Assembly: GCA_036172245.1 (NCBI GenBank)
Contig: JAYWIR010000010.1
Coordinates: 1 to 64,000 of the forward strand
Length of the DNA stretch: 64,000 nucleotides
Reading direction: 5' to 3'
Source: Raillietiella orientalis
Taxonomy: Eukaryota
The notes under the pieces are model-generated. The model made no database searches. It saw nothing but the letters and a program-made list of their open reading frames with translations, and was not told the origin of the DNA. The translations under genes and the position numbers were made by a program. Positions 11,935 to 26,270 of the stretch are shown here, piece after piece (position 1 is the first letter of the stretch; every line of letters starts with the position of its first letter).

Positions 11935-14900
11935 TAAAAGGAGAAAGTAGAGAACGTTAAGACGACATTATCTTTGAAGCAAAAAGGATCATCAAGAGCA
12001 CATTTGAATATGGAAACGGGAAGTGGCTTCCCAATAGGCAATGTCCACATCTGGACTCAGTCTTCCACGCTTACAAGAGGAAGACTCGAAGATGCGAGCG
12101 AATGCAGGAAGGCGGCATCCCGTGTCCAGACGATCCTGAAAGAATTCTGTACTTAAAGCAGTACGCGATAGGGACTACGCAGGAAGGAAAACGGAAGCAA
12201 GGACATGTCAGGATTCGTCAAGAAGGGCAACTTCTCCTCTAGCTGTTTCCTTAATTTGCTGGTAGTAAACCAATGCAGTAAAAGTGGAGTATCCTCTGGA
12301 TGCTGTCTGTGGGAAGAGGAAGGCGTGCATTGCTGGCGGTAACGGCAACTGAAGGGCGCGTGCACCGGTGGGCCGCAGAGAACACCACGAGGGATTGTGG
12401 CGCACCTGGATGCCCCGTATCCTTTGTCCAACCGTCCGCCCACGGCAGAAAAAGGGTTGGAGCACCGCTGCGACCGAGTTGCCGTTCTGCCACCATCTCA
12501 GCGCATGCCATCTTTTTGCGGTGGAACGCCCGTCCTTTGCAGCTTCCCAGCAGCACCGAGCACGGTCAACTCTACAAGAATCGCTCAACAAAAGCACTCA
12601 CCAGAAGTGTGCTGCACTCACCCGTTTTGAGCCTTCCTGTGCGGATGCTGCATGATGTGGACCACGCTTCTCCGTCGCGTCCGTGGTGCACTGTCGGGTG
12701 GACATCGCTCGAGGAATGCGACCAGCAAACTGGAGTGCCTTGCGGCAGCCAGTGAGATTGACATACACGTTGCTTTGGTCGAGTGGCGCGTTGTGGTGAA
12801 GTGATGCACAGCATCACTGCTGAATAAAGAGGCTGGGCAGCAGCTTTTCCAACAAAGTTTTCCGTGAATGGTTGGGTATTCGCCTACGCCCTTTGTGGGC
12901 GGCACGTCAACTTTGCCGACAGCAGCTTGCAGGTAACGGAAGAGTGGAAGCCAAAGAAGCAGCCGGGCTAGTGGCGGGATAAGGAAGGAGGCGTATCCTG
13001 TCTCGGCTGATCGAATGGTCTCAGCAGAGAGCCGTTGCCACCGAATTTACTTGTTGCGGAGAAGGGAGCGCGCCATGCCGGCGCCGCGCACGTCGGCCGG
13101 CGCGCCCCTCATTCTCCGGTGTTCCTGCTCTGCTGGTGTTACGGTGGAGGTGTTCTGCGATCAGCTGCTGAGTTCCTCGGCTGGATGCGGGGGAGGAGCC
13201 CCGGCCTCGCTACCTGGTCGATGCGAGGTGAGGCGTTCTCTCAGTCAGCGAACGTCAGCGGGGAGGACTGGGTGGAGGGAATGGGGCTAACAGGGGGACT
13301 TCAGGGGATGAGGGGTGAGGGAGGAGCACGCACGAATGCGTAAACTCCGCGGTCCGTGAAACGGAGGCTCAAAAGCTCCTTGTTGGGCGACGGGCGGAGG
13401 GCGGAAAGGCGAGCAGCTACTCGCGCGCCTCCTCGTCTAGCGAAGGAGCCGTGAGGGCAGCGTATAGGAATCTCGCGTAATCGCGAATCCTGAAAGCCGA
13501 CAAAATAACCATGAGCACAGCAAACGAGCGCTGCCAGAAGTTCATGATTCTTTTTTCTGATGGAAAGGGTTTCCGTGGTTACGCTCAAAGAGGGGAAGGC
13601 GGCCGGGCGCATGCGCCTGTAACGCGGATCAACGTGCATTTCTGGCGCTCACCGAAGTAGCGTTCTTTCATGGAATTCTGTGGAGGCGCTGAAAGAGCGT
13701 GGCCGCCAACATCAACGATGTCCTGCTTTCTCTCCATGCTCCTATTGACTGCGCGTATTCACCTGGAGCTCCTTTTTTCCCGCCTTTTTGCATCCCCGTG
13801 GTTTTCAAGGCTTTCTGAAGTAATGTTATCTTCCGAAAGACGGTGACCGGAGAACCGTCAAGCGCCAAAGAAAACCCTGTTTGCGTGGAAGAAAAGGCTT
13901 CACGAGTTGGTGACGAGGTAGAGAATTGATTTCTCTTTATTGGTGCAGGATCCAGAAAACAGCTGAGAAAACCTTCTCTTTGTCATGGAATGGGCAGCTC
14001 TCTTTGTTCCATGTGCACCTCTTATGGGAAAACGGCTGCATTTATGACGCTCTGTCTTCTAATTTGAGACTCTTTCGTAGATTAACCTCAAAAGATCTAT
14101 AAATGGGGCGTAGGCAATCTAGAGCCTTCTTTCGTGAACGCTCTTCTTGCGCCTCTCACATAGTGCAAGAGCTCACTATGGCGCTGGCGTTGTCTGCAGA
14201 ATGGCGCATTCCGTGATGATATTTTTGTCTCCCGCTGCCGTTGTGCAGATTCTTTCCGTGCAACAACGCATTGCATTGCACGCAGGAAGGGGGAGCATTT
14301 GTGGCGCCTGCCGATGGTACGAAGCAGTGGTTCGTGTTGGGTTATGTGCGGCTGCGTGAGTTGATGTCTGTCTACGCCCGGCTTTCTTCTTCTTTTTGAT
14401 GCGTAATCAGAAGAGTGGTTTCCTTGACCCAGGCTTGATCTGCAATGTGATCTCGTCTCTTCGTGCCTCTTAACTCTATGAGGACCTGTGTATTCCTCAG
14501 CACTGGGACCCTCTCGATTACGTCCCGAAGGATGCTCAGGAGCTCACCCCAGCGCAACAGTCGCTTCAGTGGGCTACTTCGGGTCGCGGCATCAGCTCGC
14601 TGGCCCGTTGTGCAACCACTTTGCTCTCTCTCTGTATCTGAAATCCTACATCGGACCTCCCATTCCGCGGCCTGGCTACTGCCCAAGTGCTCCCTGTGGT
14701 TGTGCCGCCTGTGCTGGGAGGACCAGCTAGTGTTACGTGTCTTACGCAGCGGAGAAAAGCAGAATCAGAAGACTTTGGCGAGTCGGAAGGCGACTTTGGT
14801 GATGGAAAATCTGCGTGAGACGAACGAAGAACTCCTCCCAGCCTGGAAAAGAAGGAGGATGCCCAGTCATCGTTGATGGCCTTTTTCCTGTCGATGACAT

Positions 14901-17900
14901 TTGGAAAGCGGGAACTTGCAGCTGGGGAACATCAACGGACAGCCGTACAGCGACGACTGCATTTTTACACAAATTGTGGGAACAAAGAGGAAAAGCGGTC
15001 GGCAAAAGACCAAATTCTTCAAACACAGACAAAAACTAGAAGTGAATGGAGTTTTGCACGTAAAGGATGCAATGTGAAATTCAGTAACTTCACGCCAACG
15101 CTTGTTCGGACCTGGGAGGATTGCTCGAGTGACAAGACTGTCGCTATGAACAAAATGGGGCTTTCTGCTGTCTGGCGCCCATCGGTGAAGGAGAGAGCTG
15201 CAACTGCCACCACTATTGCCGAAATGAAAAAGTTACTTCAATTATTTGGAATTTCAGGTTGGATTACTGGTGGGGATGGACGAGTGTTGGCTACTACTTG
15301 TCTCCAAAGGAAAGCGGAGCTCTCGAGTGCGCAGTGCGCATCCGCACGCGGAATTTTTCTTGCCTTGTCGAACTCGGTGAGCCTCTCGTGTGGGACGCAT
15401 TTGGACTTGTGGTAGCCCTGTGGTTCGCGGTCTGCCTACTCGAGTGGGTGTTTGCGACGACGGCTACGCTGCCCGTCATGCTACTTGGCAGCCTCGCTCT
15501 CTGCTTCTGTGCATGGTGCGAAATAAAGAATGATTCGGGGATGGCATGATGTCATTGAGGACGGGCGAGAAAGCTGCCTCGCGGCTTCCGAATCCTGTAT
15601 CATCTGGGTTCTGCTGCCAAGCGATCAGCGAAAGGCGGTAGTCTCTGGAATTTTTGGACTAGGAATGTAGGGACGAAATGAGGGGGGGAGGAATGAAGTG
15701 TTCGAGGCGTGAGAAGGCTGCGGAAGAACCTTTGGATGTCATCTTGACCGAATCTCACGCTCCTGAAAGAGATCTCCGCTTGCCGCCTGGAGGGGGCTGA
15801 GAGTTCGCGGTCGATCGTGGAGACGTCCCGTGCGCGAGCAACGGCCTTTCTGCACTTTCCCCGCCGACGGTTCTCAGCAGTGTGTGCCTGCGCAGCAGTT
15901 TAAGCCTTCTTCACCGTCAAATCTCAATCAGGGGTGCCGAGACGTTCATTCGCCACAGAAATGAATATTTTCTATCCCTGCATTTGGACCGGTTTTCCAG
16001 CCACGTTTATTCCAACCTCCGGGTCACGGGTTGCAGACTGGTGGGGTCCTTCATAACAGCATAAAGGAGGGGCCAAGACAAACAAACAGCGAAATTAAAA
16101 GAAAGAATTTCAGGGTGGACGGGCTGCTCAAGTGAGGAGGTGCGCAGTGGCGGCTGGACCTGAGGCTGTGCGGCGTCAGGGATGCGGCATAAGGGAAGGA
16201 GAAGCCGGGTGTTACCCTAATGCTGTCGACTGCCAGATGGTCCGCCATGTTGAGTCGCGACGAAGACGCAGTACACCCTGACCCTATCGCGTTAAGGAGG
16301 GTTGGTTTTCGTCGCACAACTGCGCCAGCGGCCTCCGGGCAGGCTGTGGTCGCGGTTGCGCCTTCCATACTGCATCGTCGTGGCAGCCGGTGGTGCATCC
16401 ACCACCTCGAGGTCGTGCTCAGTCGCTCGACATCGGACGTCCGTGAGCTTTCATCTGACCTTCCCTAGTTGCAGATCTCAGGGCACACAGGCGACCTGGA
16501 GGCGAAACGGAGAGAAGGTCGACGCCTGCTTGGAGGTTGCGAGCTTCTCCGAGGGTGGACGCTGATGCGACGCGATGATATCTCATCTAGCGGTATAACC
16601 GGAAAAGGAATGGAAATGGAGCTGCTGGTCGCACCGGAAATGCACGGGACTGCGGGGGAGTCGCCGCCAGTCACCGTGGAGATCCGCGTCCCGACTGCCA
16701 GTCCGCATTCATGTCGCGGGTCGCGCGCCGCGCCTGTGTGTAGCAACCGTAGCGCCCAGTTTCCGCGAGTTCCACTCGACTCCGTGGCAGCTCGCTCTGC
16801 TCTCGAATCCACGCCCAGCAACAGCTTTGCGACGATTTTGGTTCGGCGCTTGTCTGGTCGCTTGGTGTCTGTCCAGGGAGAACTGGGATCGCCGACGCCT
16901 CCTTCTGCCACCCCAAGTTCGGACGGGTCACTCGCGTTTCGAAAGGCACGTCCGCTCCCCATCGAGGATGTTGCGTGGAATGAGTGCTACGAATCGCCGG
17001 ATAGTTCGTTTCCATGGGTATCGAATTACGGCGTCCCCCCTCATCCGCTCATGCTGGATATTTCGACTGCTGCCTTGTTGGTCAAATAACCACTTTTGCC
17101 GTGGTAACCGCCCTTTGTAGCTTCGAAGCAGGAATGACCTGAGTCAATGTATCGTTCATCGCTGCCGCTGGCCGGTAGCCCTGGCTGCAAGCCTGCGGGG
17201 AAACGCGCGCCCGTCTTCAAATGCCGACGGATCCGCTTGCTTTGACTTGCAGCGTCTTCCCGTCTGAGGCCTTTGCCCTTCTCACTTGGTGAATCGGGAA
17301 CTCGAGGAGGTTTCCTGCATTTGGAGTCTGGAAAGGACTTTTCTTCAATGCTATGAAATGTGGTCACTCAAGATGATGACCATCACTTCTTGCATGGAGC
17401 GGATGGGTAAAACGTGAGTGTGCTCTCGTTGACTTGTGGTCAGGGAAGCAGCGAGCAACAGGAACCGCCCATAGTGGTGAATGATACATCCGTCGTTTGG
17501 ATCTAGCGTGCGTCTGTTCGACGCAAGTACCAACTACGTCTTCTACCCTATCCCGGGACTTTGCGCTGCTGCGCTCTTGGCGTGCATACCTGCTTCCCGT
17601 ATGATTCCGCAGGTAGGGTGATGCGCATTCCGTCAACAGCACGCTGGAAGCTCAAGTTTACGTCACGGACGACGGTCGCCTGCGATGCTGAATCTTGCGC
17701 GTGCGATTTGCGGTGAGTGGCCGATCGTACTTCAAGGCGTGAACCATCAGCAACTTGGAGGCATTTTTGCAAAAGGGCATCTTTAAAACAATTACGAGAA
17801 GGAAAGACGCTTGAAGAAAAGTAGCTGGCACCGGCACAGGCAAGCACTGAATTGGGAGCGCCCATGGAGTGGGAAGTGAAAGTAGATATGGAAGAGGGTA

Positions 17901-18234
17901 CCCACACCGGTCTAGCTGCAAAGATTTCGAAAGAAAGGACATGAACCTTAGAGGACAGGTGATGATTATCACCCGGTTATGCCGTGGGATTTGTTACTTG
18001 GTTAATAAGAATACATGCTGTGGTAGAACCATCGGTTCTACCACGCGCAATGAACCTGCTGAGGACCGGTACGCAGCCCAGCGAGGTCCGCTACAACAGC
18101 GTAAAGTGGAAGAAAACAAAGACAAAACGGGGGAGGAGAATTTCTACAAGGCAGGGGAAATCGAGGAAGGGATCACGGTACGCTGCAGAACGTTTTCAAC
18201 ATCCTGTCCAGTAGGCTGGCAAGTTCCGTCAGGA

Positions 18235-20745
18235 TAGTTTCCTGGTGAGGCCATCACGAGGCGGTCCTCAGGAAGACTCGCGCTCAGGGGATGCTCTGAG
18301 GACGAACATTCCGAATGCTTCTTCCAAAGTTTGAGGTTGCCATGATCCTGAGAAGATAGAACAGAGCTGAGAGGGTCACGGCTGGTGTCACAGTGGCACG
18401 CGAGGAGTTTGGATATGTCCCTGCGGTTGCCCGCCGAAGTTTTCAGGATCGTCGCGAGGCGATGCGCAAGCAGCTGGAGGGTAGCACAGCCCAACAGCAA
18501 GTGCGGCTAGGTCTCCTTCTTCGCACAGCTGCCACACTTAGCGGCCACACTGTGTCCAGTGTGCCTGCCGCGCTTTTGCACGGGATCCCTCCAAGCAACA
18601 CCAGCAGCGACGACTCTTGCCGCTTGAGGGAAGCACGCCGCTCTTCCAGCAAGGTACGCTGCCCTTCACCTCCTCCGAACGGACGCCAAGGAGCTCTCCT
18701 CATGCTACAAGTGCATGGAGCTCACCCCATTCGGGGTCACAACGTCCACCACTTCGCGAGTTGTCCACCTGCCCGGAAGTTTCTTGTTTGCTCCCATCCA
18801 GCACGTCAGTTCTCACCTCACTTGGATGACGCAGTCTTTGGCGTCTCTCAGGAAAAACAGCAGTGGGCAAAGGGAGAGAAACGAGAACCACTGCATCTTC
18901 TGCAGGCTGAGGACGATCTTCTTCAACGACTCAGGATTGTTCGCGCATCGCTCGCTTCTTGGAATTTCGCCCAGGAAAAAAGCGACTCCTGGAGACAAGC
19001 AGTGTAGTTTGCAAGGAGGCAGATCTGGGTGATCTCCTCTACCAGGGAAACCACCTAACGGAGTTGGCGGGTACCTGGAACGTGTCAGCGCTCTCCCGCG
19101 AGCGACTAGGAGGGATGTGCGTTCTTCGCAGCCGGTTGACATCTTCTCGAGCAGCCGTGTTGCATAGCACCAAGGCGTTGTCCATAGTTTCGCAAAGAGG
19201 GCGAGTCTTCTGAGTTTCCGCTGACACTGCATACCCTCCAGTGTAAGGACGGCTAGTTCGCCTGCCTTACGTGAAGGAGCGCTGATGAGTACGTCCGCAA
19301 ACGGCGCTTTCTGTGGAGAGAACCAAGGAATTTCCACGGAGGCGCCGGCAGCGTGTGGTATTTGCCTTCAAGATTCCCCTCACGACCATCTTTGGAGTTT
19401 TCACAGGTAGGCTTAGGGCTCCTTCCACGTCCATCCGTTCCGTCCATTGACCTCGAACGCTGCTATCCAGAACACATGGAACATCAGGCATCCCGGAACA
19501 GGGGAAGCTCATTTGAGATCTTCTTGCCGTCCTCGCCAGTCACGGAAACCGGCGCACTCGAGGGGCACCCGAAACACCGCGGTGTTCCTGAGACAATGAC
19601 TTGGGAGAGCAGGAGCTATACAGGAAGTTTCTCATTGTAGAAACGCCTTCTTGGACTATGAGGTTGTCTTTCTACGAGCCGGAAATGCATAAGGACACGG
19701 ATGCAGAGAGCGCGACTCCCATCGGAGTGTAGCTGGGAGCTCAACGTCGCAGCTCGAGATCTCCGTGGAACCCTCACCTTCTACCAGTAAGCTTAGTTTG
19801 CCTCTTACGCACTGGGATGCGCTGTGAAGTGACCACATGATCGTAGGGACCGACTGCTCTTCCTGAATGTAGGAAGCAACATGCAGGGGCTGCTCAGGCA
19901 AGAGTTTTGTCATGTTAGGGATTGCGAATGCTTCCCGGTGACCTGTTACGGGTCGCAGTAACAGGATCGAACACGCATTCCACGATCCTCAGCAGCGGAT
20001 TCCCAACCGTGAGGGTGTGTAGGAGTTTGCTTGACAACTCGGTCCATCCTGCCATACTGCATTCGGTTCCATGAACTCAAGAATCGCAGGTAGTTAGAGC
20101 ACCCGCTTTCTCAAACCAAAAGTCAGTATCAACAGGATGCATGGCCTAGAGGACGCTTCCCTAGGAGATGACAGAAGCGGAAATTCCTCTAGTCTCACCT
20201 TTGTCTACCCATCCTTGCTGCAGTCCTTTGAGAACAACACCAGTCGGAAAGCTCATGGAGTTCGAATTCGGAGAGCAATACGGGAAGCATTTCGAGTGAG
20301 ATACAGGACTGATGCGAGGGATCGATCAGCAATGGAACGGAAAAGAACGGAGAGGATGAACAAGGAGTTCGCTCCGACTCTACATTGGGTGCGAATGGCC
20401 TTAGCGTTCCCGTCAGAATGTCACGGGTAAAGCGTCGCAAATCGCTTGCAGATGCGCGGATGGGCATCTGCAAGCGTTCCTGAGTCACGAAAGTTCTAGA
20501 TGGAATTCCGCTACGTGCAACAGCCGCTAGGCAACGAGAGACTAGGCTACAAAGCTGTGGGATTCACGAAAGACGGAAGGAATGAGAATTCAATCACCCG
20601 CTGCGTTACTACTCCAAGCAGCTGGAAGCGGAGATCTCTATTCACTTCCGACTGATGACTTTGCGTGAAGATCATAGAGAAGCAGTGGTAGATGAGAAGG
20701 CGGGAGCACCTTAGCCTGTCGGGAAAGAATCGATGGAACATGTCC
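18235..20745 (+). mobile_element. Second tandem copy of the BEL/Pao relic
   Basis: Collinear with 7320-9790 at an offset of ~10.92-10.96 kb. Confidence 0.55.
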
Positions 20746-21590
20746 AAGGATATCAGGCGAGCCCAAGGAAAATGAAGCGCTGTCTGTTAGTGCATAACAA
20801 TTCATTTCGGGTGTGCAACCTTTTGAAATGTTATACGGTTTGATTATGTCAACATTCCAACTGAATCCTGTGCACAAAGCGCTTTGGAATATCTGTAAAT
20901 TATTCCGCAAACCATGAATTTTATTTACGATATAAGCATTCATCCAAAGGTTGCGATAAATTACCTACTTGCAATTCCTCGTATGAGATTCCTCGTAAGA
21001 GAACTTGGAAGTTCTAGCGTTTGACAATTCGGAAATACTCGCAGCTTACTAAGAGCAAATTAACAGTTTAAAACATAAATTGAAGGGCTGAATAAGTGCT
21101 GATTTTTGGCATCTCTCAATAAAAAGAGAAAACCTGACTGCGAATGACATGGCCTTCAAGCAGATTATCATGTATGCTCTGCTTTCGAATTGAGAGAAGC
21201 AGTTCCGAGAACACGATGGGATCTTTACGAAAGAGTCACAATGATCTTTTTATTACAAATGTAGAATTTCTCTTTTCTGCAATCGAAAATCGAGAACAAT
21301 CGTGAAGTGTCGATATATATTTACGTGACGTGCTGCGATATTAGAACATAACTATGTAAGAAAGAGTGTTTTCAGAAACTCGGATGATGTTCTTTGGTTT
21401 GCTTTGTCATATTGCTCCTGGTTTTCTCGAAGAGCATTGCTCGCATTTGGTAACCCTTATTCGTTTCTGTGCTGAAGGCTGCGCCGCCGAGTTGCATGCG
21501 GAAAGTCTGTCAAACAGTGGGAATGTGCGCAGCGAGCCGCACCAACCGGTGCTCGGCCACCCTTTCCCTGTTTTCAGAGCGTCTTGTGTG

Positions 21591-22896
21591 ATGGCCAAAG
21601 GATGCAAAAAGAATCAGAACAGATACATGCAAAGGCGTATTCATCATTGATTCCAGGTATACGAAAGTGTTCTTGAAACGTCAGTTACCATGAGTTTGTT
21701 CAATTGTTTTTGAAAATTATTTCATGGTGCTTTATGTTTGAGGTTCGTATTCCTGTAGTCAAGAAATTTGTATTCGTTAAGAAAGTGCTTCAGTTTTGGT
21801 TTATTTTATCATGTGAATTAGTCTCTAACTATTTATGCATGCCAGTGGGGCCTCAAACTAAAGTTGAATCACATGAAGCAAATATTGTGCGAATCAGGTC
21901 ATGTCATCTGGGTTGTAATTTGAGTGAATTCAGCATTTCCTACTTAAGTGTGACCCCACATGTGGATGCATTTGTTGTAAAGTTCAAAGTTGCACTGAAC
22001 TTTTCCCTCTTTCCTAATAGAATCACTCACAATTTGAATTTGCCACCAAAAAAGTTGGAAGCATTAATAAAAGCATTTGTTGCCTTTTATCAAGTGTAAG
22101 ATTATTTACCATTGCAAGTTTGCCTGGAGGATTTTTATTTGCTGCTCGTGTACCTCATCAGATTAATAATTAATTGTAATAAAAGCAGGCCGACGTTTTC
22201 TTAACTTCGGATTTCTGTATTGCAAGTTTTTTCCAGGAGTAAACTTTGCAATCTGTTATTGTATTAGCATCCCCTAAAGGTGGGAGTTGTGTTGCAACAT
22301 TTTCCCTACTTGCCGCGTTTTTCAAATTGCAGGCCTTGAAAATACTTTGATCCATAAGTGCAACAGCCATTTTAGAGTCATCAGTTGCCTTTTCAGGCAC
22401 TTCATCAGCTGCCTGTTTTTATTATGAGTATGTGTATTCCAATTGTAACAGTGTAGCCAAGACACTGTTCTATGTTTCTGCCCATGAAAGTGTATTCAAC
22501 AGTGTTCATTCTGTTTGAAGTCAGCACAACTTGTTTCGCACCCTGATCGAAGACGTTCTGGCATAGCTTTCATATACTGTGATAGCTTGATATCTGGTAG
22601 TCAGAAATCGCAAACCCAAATGTAAGTACTTTGGTGCTAAAATGGCAACTGTTAATTGTTTTGTAGCCTGGCATCCATAAAAAGTAAAACCTGCAAGAAG
22701 TGCCATTCATTTCTGCATCCTGGATTTTCCGCACAGTATAGATTGCGTTCAATCCATTGGGTTTGATTCATTGCAGAGTTCAAAGTTCATTGCTGTGTTC
22801 CAGCGCAAAGATAGAGGGCAAGTAAGAGCAGGTGAGTGAGAAGGTACAACCTGCAGCTTAATAAGTAAAAGTGTGCACTCCGGCGTAGAAAGATGA
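21591..22896 (+). pseudogene. RPP21: Rpp21/Rpr2-family unprocessed pseudogene, copy C
   Basis: Exon 1 is 21591-21656 with TGA at 21648-21650. There is a canonical AG acceptor at 22519-22520, exon 2 at 22521-22621 and a 45-nt intron at 22622-22666. Exon 3 starts at 22667 (LASIKSKTCKKCHSFLHPG). Confidence 0.78.
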
Positions 22897-24709
22897 TAAA
22901 AGGAGAAAGTAGAGAACGTTAAGACGACATTATCTTTGAAGCAAAAAGGATCATCAAGAGCACATTTGAATGTGTAAACGCGAAGTGGCTTCCGAATAGG
23001 CAATGTCCACATCTGGACTCAGTCTTCCCCGCTTACAAGAGGAAGACTCGAAGATGCGAGGGAATGCAGGAAGGCGGCAGTCCGTGTCCAGGCGATTCTG
23101 AAAGAATTCTGTACTTAAAGCAGTACGCGATAGGGAGTAAGCAGGAAGGAAAACGGAACCAAGGATATGTGAGGATTCGTCAAGTAGGGCAACTTCTTTT
23201 CTAACTGTTTCCTTTATTTCCTGGTAGCAAACCAATGCAGTCAAAGTGGAGTATCCTCTGGATGCTGTCTGTGGGAAGAGGAAGGCGTGCATTGCTGGCG
23301 GTAACGGCAACTGAAGGGCGCGTGCACCGGTGGGCCGCAGAGAACACCACGAGGGATTGTGGCGCACCTGGATGCCCCGTATCCTTTGTCCAACCGTCCG
23401 CCCACGGCAGAAAAAGGGTTGGAGCACCGCTGCGACCGAGTTGCCGTTCTGCCACCATCTCAGAGCATGCCATCTTTTTGCGGTGGAACGCCCGTCCTTT
23501 GCAGCTTCCCAGCAGCACCGAGCACGGTCAACTCTACAAGAATCGCTCAACAAAAGCACTCACCAGAAGTGTGCTGCACTCACCCGTTTTGAGCCTTCCT
23601 GTGCGGATGCTGCATGATGTGGACCACGCTTCTCCGGCGCGTCCGTGGTGCACTGTCGGGTGGACATCGCTCGAGGAATGCGACCAGCAAACTGGAGTGC
23701 CTTGCGGCAGCCAGTGAGATTGACATACACGTTGCTTTGGTCGAGTGGCGCGTTGTGGTGAAGTGATGCACAGCATCACTGCTGAATAAAGAGGCTGGGC
23801 AGCAGCTTTTCCAACAAAGTTTTTCGTGAATGGTTGGGTATTCGCCTACGCCCTTTGTGGGCGGCACGTCAACTTTGCCGACAGCAGCTTGCAGGTAACG
23901 GAAGAGTGGAAGCCAAAGAAGCAGCCGGGCTAGTGGCAGGATAAGGAAGGAGGCGTATCCTGTCGGCTGGTGGTGAAGTCTCAGCAGAGAGCCGTTGCCA
24001 CCGAATTTACTTGTTGCGGAGAAGGGAGCGCGCCATGCCGGCGCCGCGCACGTCGGCCGGCGCGCCCCTCTTTCTCCGGTGTTCCTGCTCTGCTGGTGTT
24101 ACGGTGGAGGTGTTCTGCGATCAGCTGCTGAGTTCCTCGGCTGGATGCGGGGGAGGAGCCCCGGCCTCGCTACCTGGTCGATGCGAGGTGAGGCGTTCTC
24201 TCAGGCAGCGAACGTCAGCGGGGAGGACTGGGTGGAGGGAATGGGGCTAACAGGACTTCGGGGGATGGGGGGTGAGGGTGGAGCACGCACGAATGCGTAA
24301 GCTCCGCGGTCCGTGAAGCGGAGCTAAGCTCCCTTGTTGGGCGACGGGCGGAGGGAGGAGGAAGGTGAGCAACTACGGCGCGCCTCCTCGTCTAGCGAAG
24401 GAGCCGTGAGGGCAGCGTATAGGAATCTCGCGTAATCGCGAATCCTGAAAGCCGACAAAATAACCATGAGCACAGCAAACGAGAGCTGCCAGAAGTTCAT
24501 GATTCTTTTTTCTGATGGAAAGGGTTTCCGTGGTTACGCTCAAAGAGGGGAAGGCTAAGGGGGGATAATTCTTTGGCTTGCAGAGGCGGAGGAAATCCGT
24601 TCTGGTGAATGATTCTCTCCTTGCATGAAACCCAAGATGGCAAGATGAACAACAGCAATAGAGAAGGTTCAGTTCGTTGTTCTATTACTACTTTACTAAT
24701 TGCATCAGG

Positions 24710-26270
24710 TAAACACTGTTCTAAGAAAGAGAACATGGGTGGATCTCACGAAGGTGTGGTCAAGAAACGATAAGCGCGTACAGCTGTGGTCCAACGCAGG
24801 ATCCCTTCTAAACGGTAGCTTAGCAAACCATCTTCGTTTTCGCTTGGGATATTTTAGAAAGTAGCACGGATTTGGTAGTTTCAATTCGTTAGCCATGCAC
24901 GTACTCTGAGCAGAGTTGGTTGCTGATCGGCTGAGGAGCAGTCAATTCCGGCATTGGATCCACTCCTTGAGGTTTGCCCCTGAAGAATATAGAGTTCCCA
25001 GGAGAACTCGGAAGGCACTCGACCTGTCCGTCTCACCATAGCAAAGACATGCTTTTGTCTTTGCTGCCGACAGCGGACGGAGTCCGATTTCCATCCATGC
25101 ACCGTTGGACAGCCTGGTGGCCTTCAGTCCACGGTCTTGTAATTTTGGAAATGGGTTACGTTGACTGGCGGCAGCAGCGCACTTTTCGTTCACCCCTTTG
25201 GCATTCGGCAACTCTTCTCTGTCATGTCGAATTTCTGAATGGGGCGTCCGTGAGATTCGTTGCCTGGAAGCGGTTGCTGCGATCTGAGAACCGCGTATGC
25301 GCGTGTCCATTACGAATTGAATCGCTTTCGTAGCGGACCTGCATGAAAGGCACTGCACTCGAGCTTTTCGTCCATAGCGTCTTCGTGGCTCGACTAACTC
25401 TGCATACAATTCCCTCTCTGGTACGTGTTCGGAAGAAGAATCCCAGTGAACGTGAGATACGACCTCTGGGAATGTGACCGTGAAATGCCGTTTTGCGAGC
25501 GTCTGATGAACGAAAAGCCGAATAATAGGAGTCGTTTTTTTTCTGGGGGAGATTCCACGGAGCGAGCGATGCATGAACATTCGTGAGTCGTTGAAGAGAT
25601 CGTTTTCAACCTGCTAAAGATGCGGCGGTTCTCGTTTCTCTTTCTTAGTCCAGTGCTGCTCTTCCTAAGAGACGCCAAATACAGCGTCATCAAAGAGAGT
25701 TGAGAGCTGACGTGCTGCATGGCAGCAAAGAAGAAACTTTTGGGCAGGTGGACAACTCGGGAAGTGGAGGACGTTGTGACCCCGAATGGGGTGAGCTCCA
25801 TGCACTTGTAGCATGAGGACAGCTTTTTGCCGTCCATTCGGAGGAGGTGAAGTGGAAGCTACCTTTCTGGAAGAAGGGCCCCCTTCACTCAAGCGGCAAG
25901 AGTCGTCGCTGCTGGTGCTGCTAGGAGGAATCCCGTGCAAAAGCGCGCCAGGCACACTGGACACAGTCTGGACGCTAAGTGTGGCAGGTGTGCGATGAAG
26001 GAGACCTTTCCGCACTTGCTGTTGGGCTGTGCTGACCTCCAACTCCTTGGGAATCGCTTCGCGACGATCTTGAAAACTTCGGCAGGCGACCGCAGGGACA
26101 CTCGCAAACTGCTCGCGTGCCACACTGACACCCTCTCAATTCTGTTGTATCTTCTCAGGATCATGGCAACCTAAAACTTCGGAAGAAGAGGTCGGAATGT
26201 TCGTCCTGGGAGCATCCCCTGAGCGCAAGTCTTCCTGAGGAATTCCACGTGATGGCCTCGTCAGACACTA
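24710..26270 (-). mobile_element. Decayed BEL/Pao gag-protease-RT fragment (inverted relative of 7320-8080, plus the RT N-terminal half)
   Basis: 25540-26270 is a diverged reverse complement of ~7320-8080. Downstream on the minus strand are SSAFRVLLGTLYSSGANLKEWI (cf. ttKlRvVfDaS..g.sLNd.l), PTLLRVRAW (LlRfR), IRATF*NI...EDGL and VRAYRFLTTP..PMFSFL (YrF.rvpFG..sPFL). Confidence 0.65.

Larger units (their letters stand above)
1..24555. repeat. Tandem segmental duplication, ~10.95 kb unit: copies at 1-10952, 10953-21914 and partial 21915-24555
   Basis: The sequence at position 1 (gtaatttgagtgaattcagc) recurs at 10953 (one mismatch) and 21915. Identical ORFs recur at offsets of 10952 and 21914 (656/11608/22570). 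The third copy stops matching after ...caaagaggggaaggc at 24555. Confidence 0.97.
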
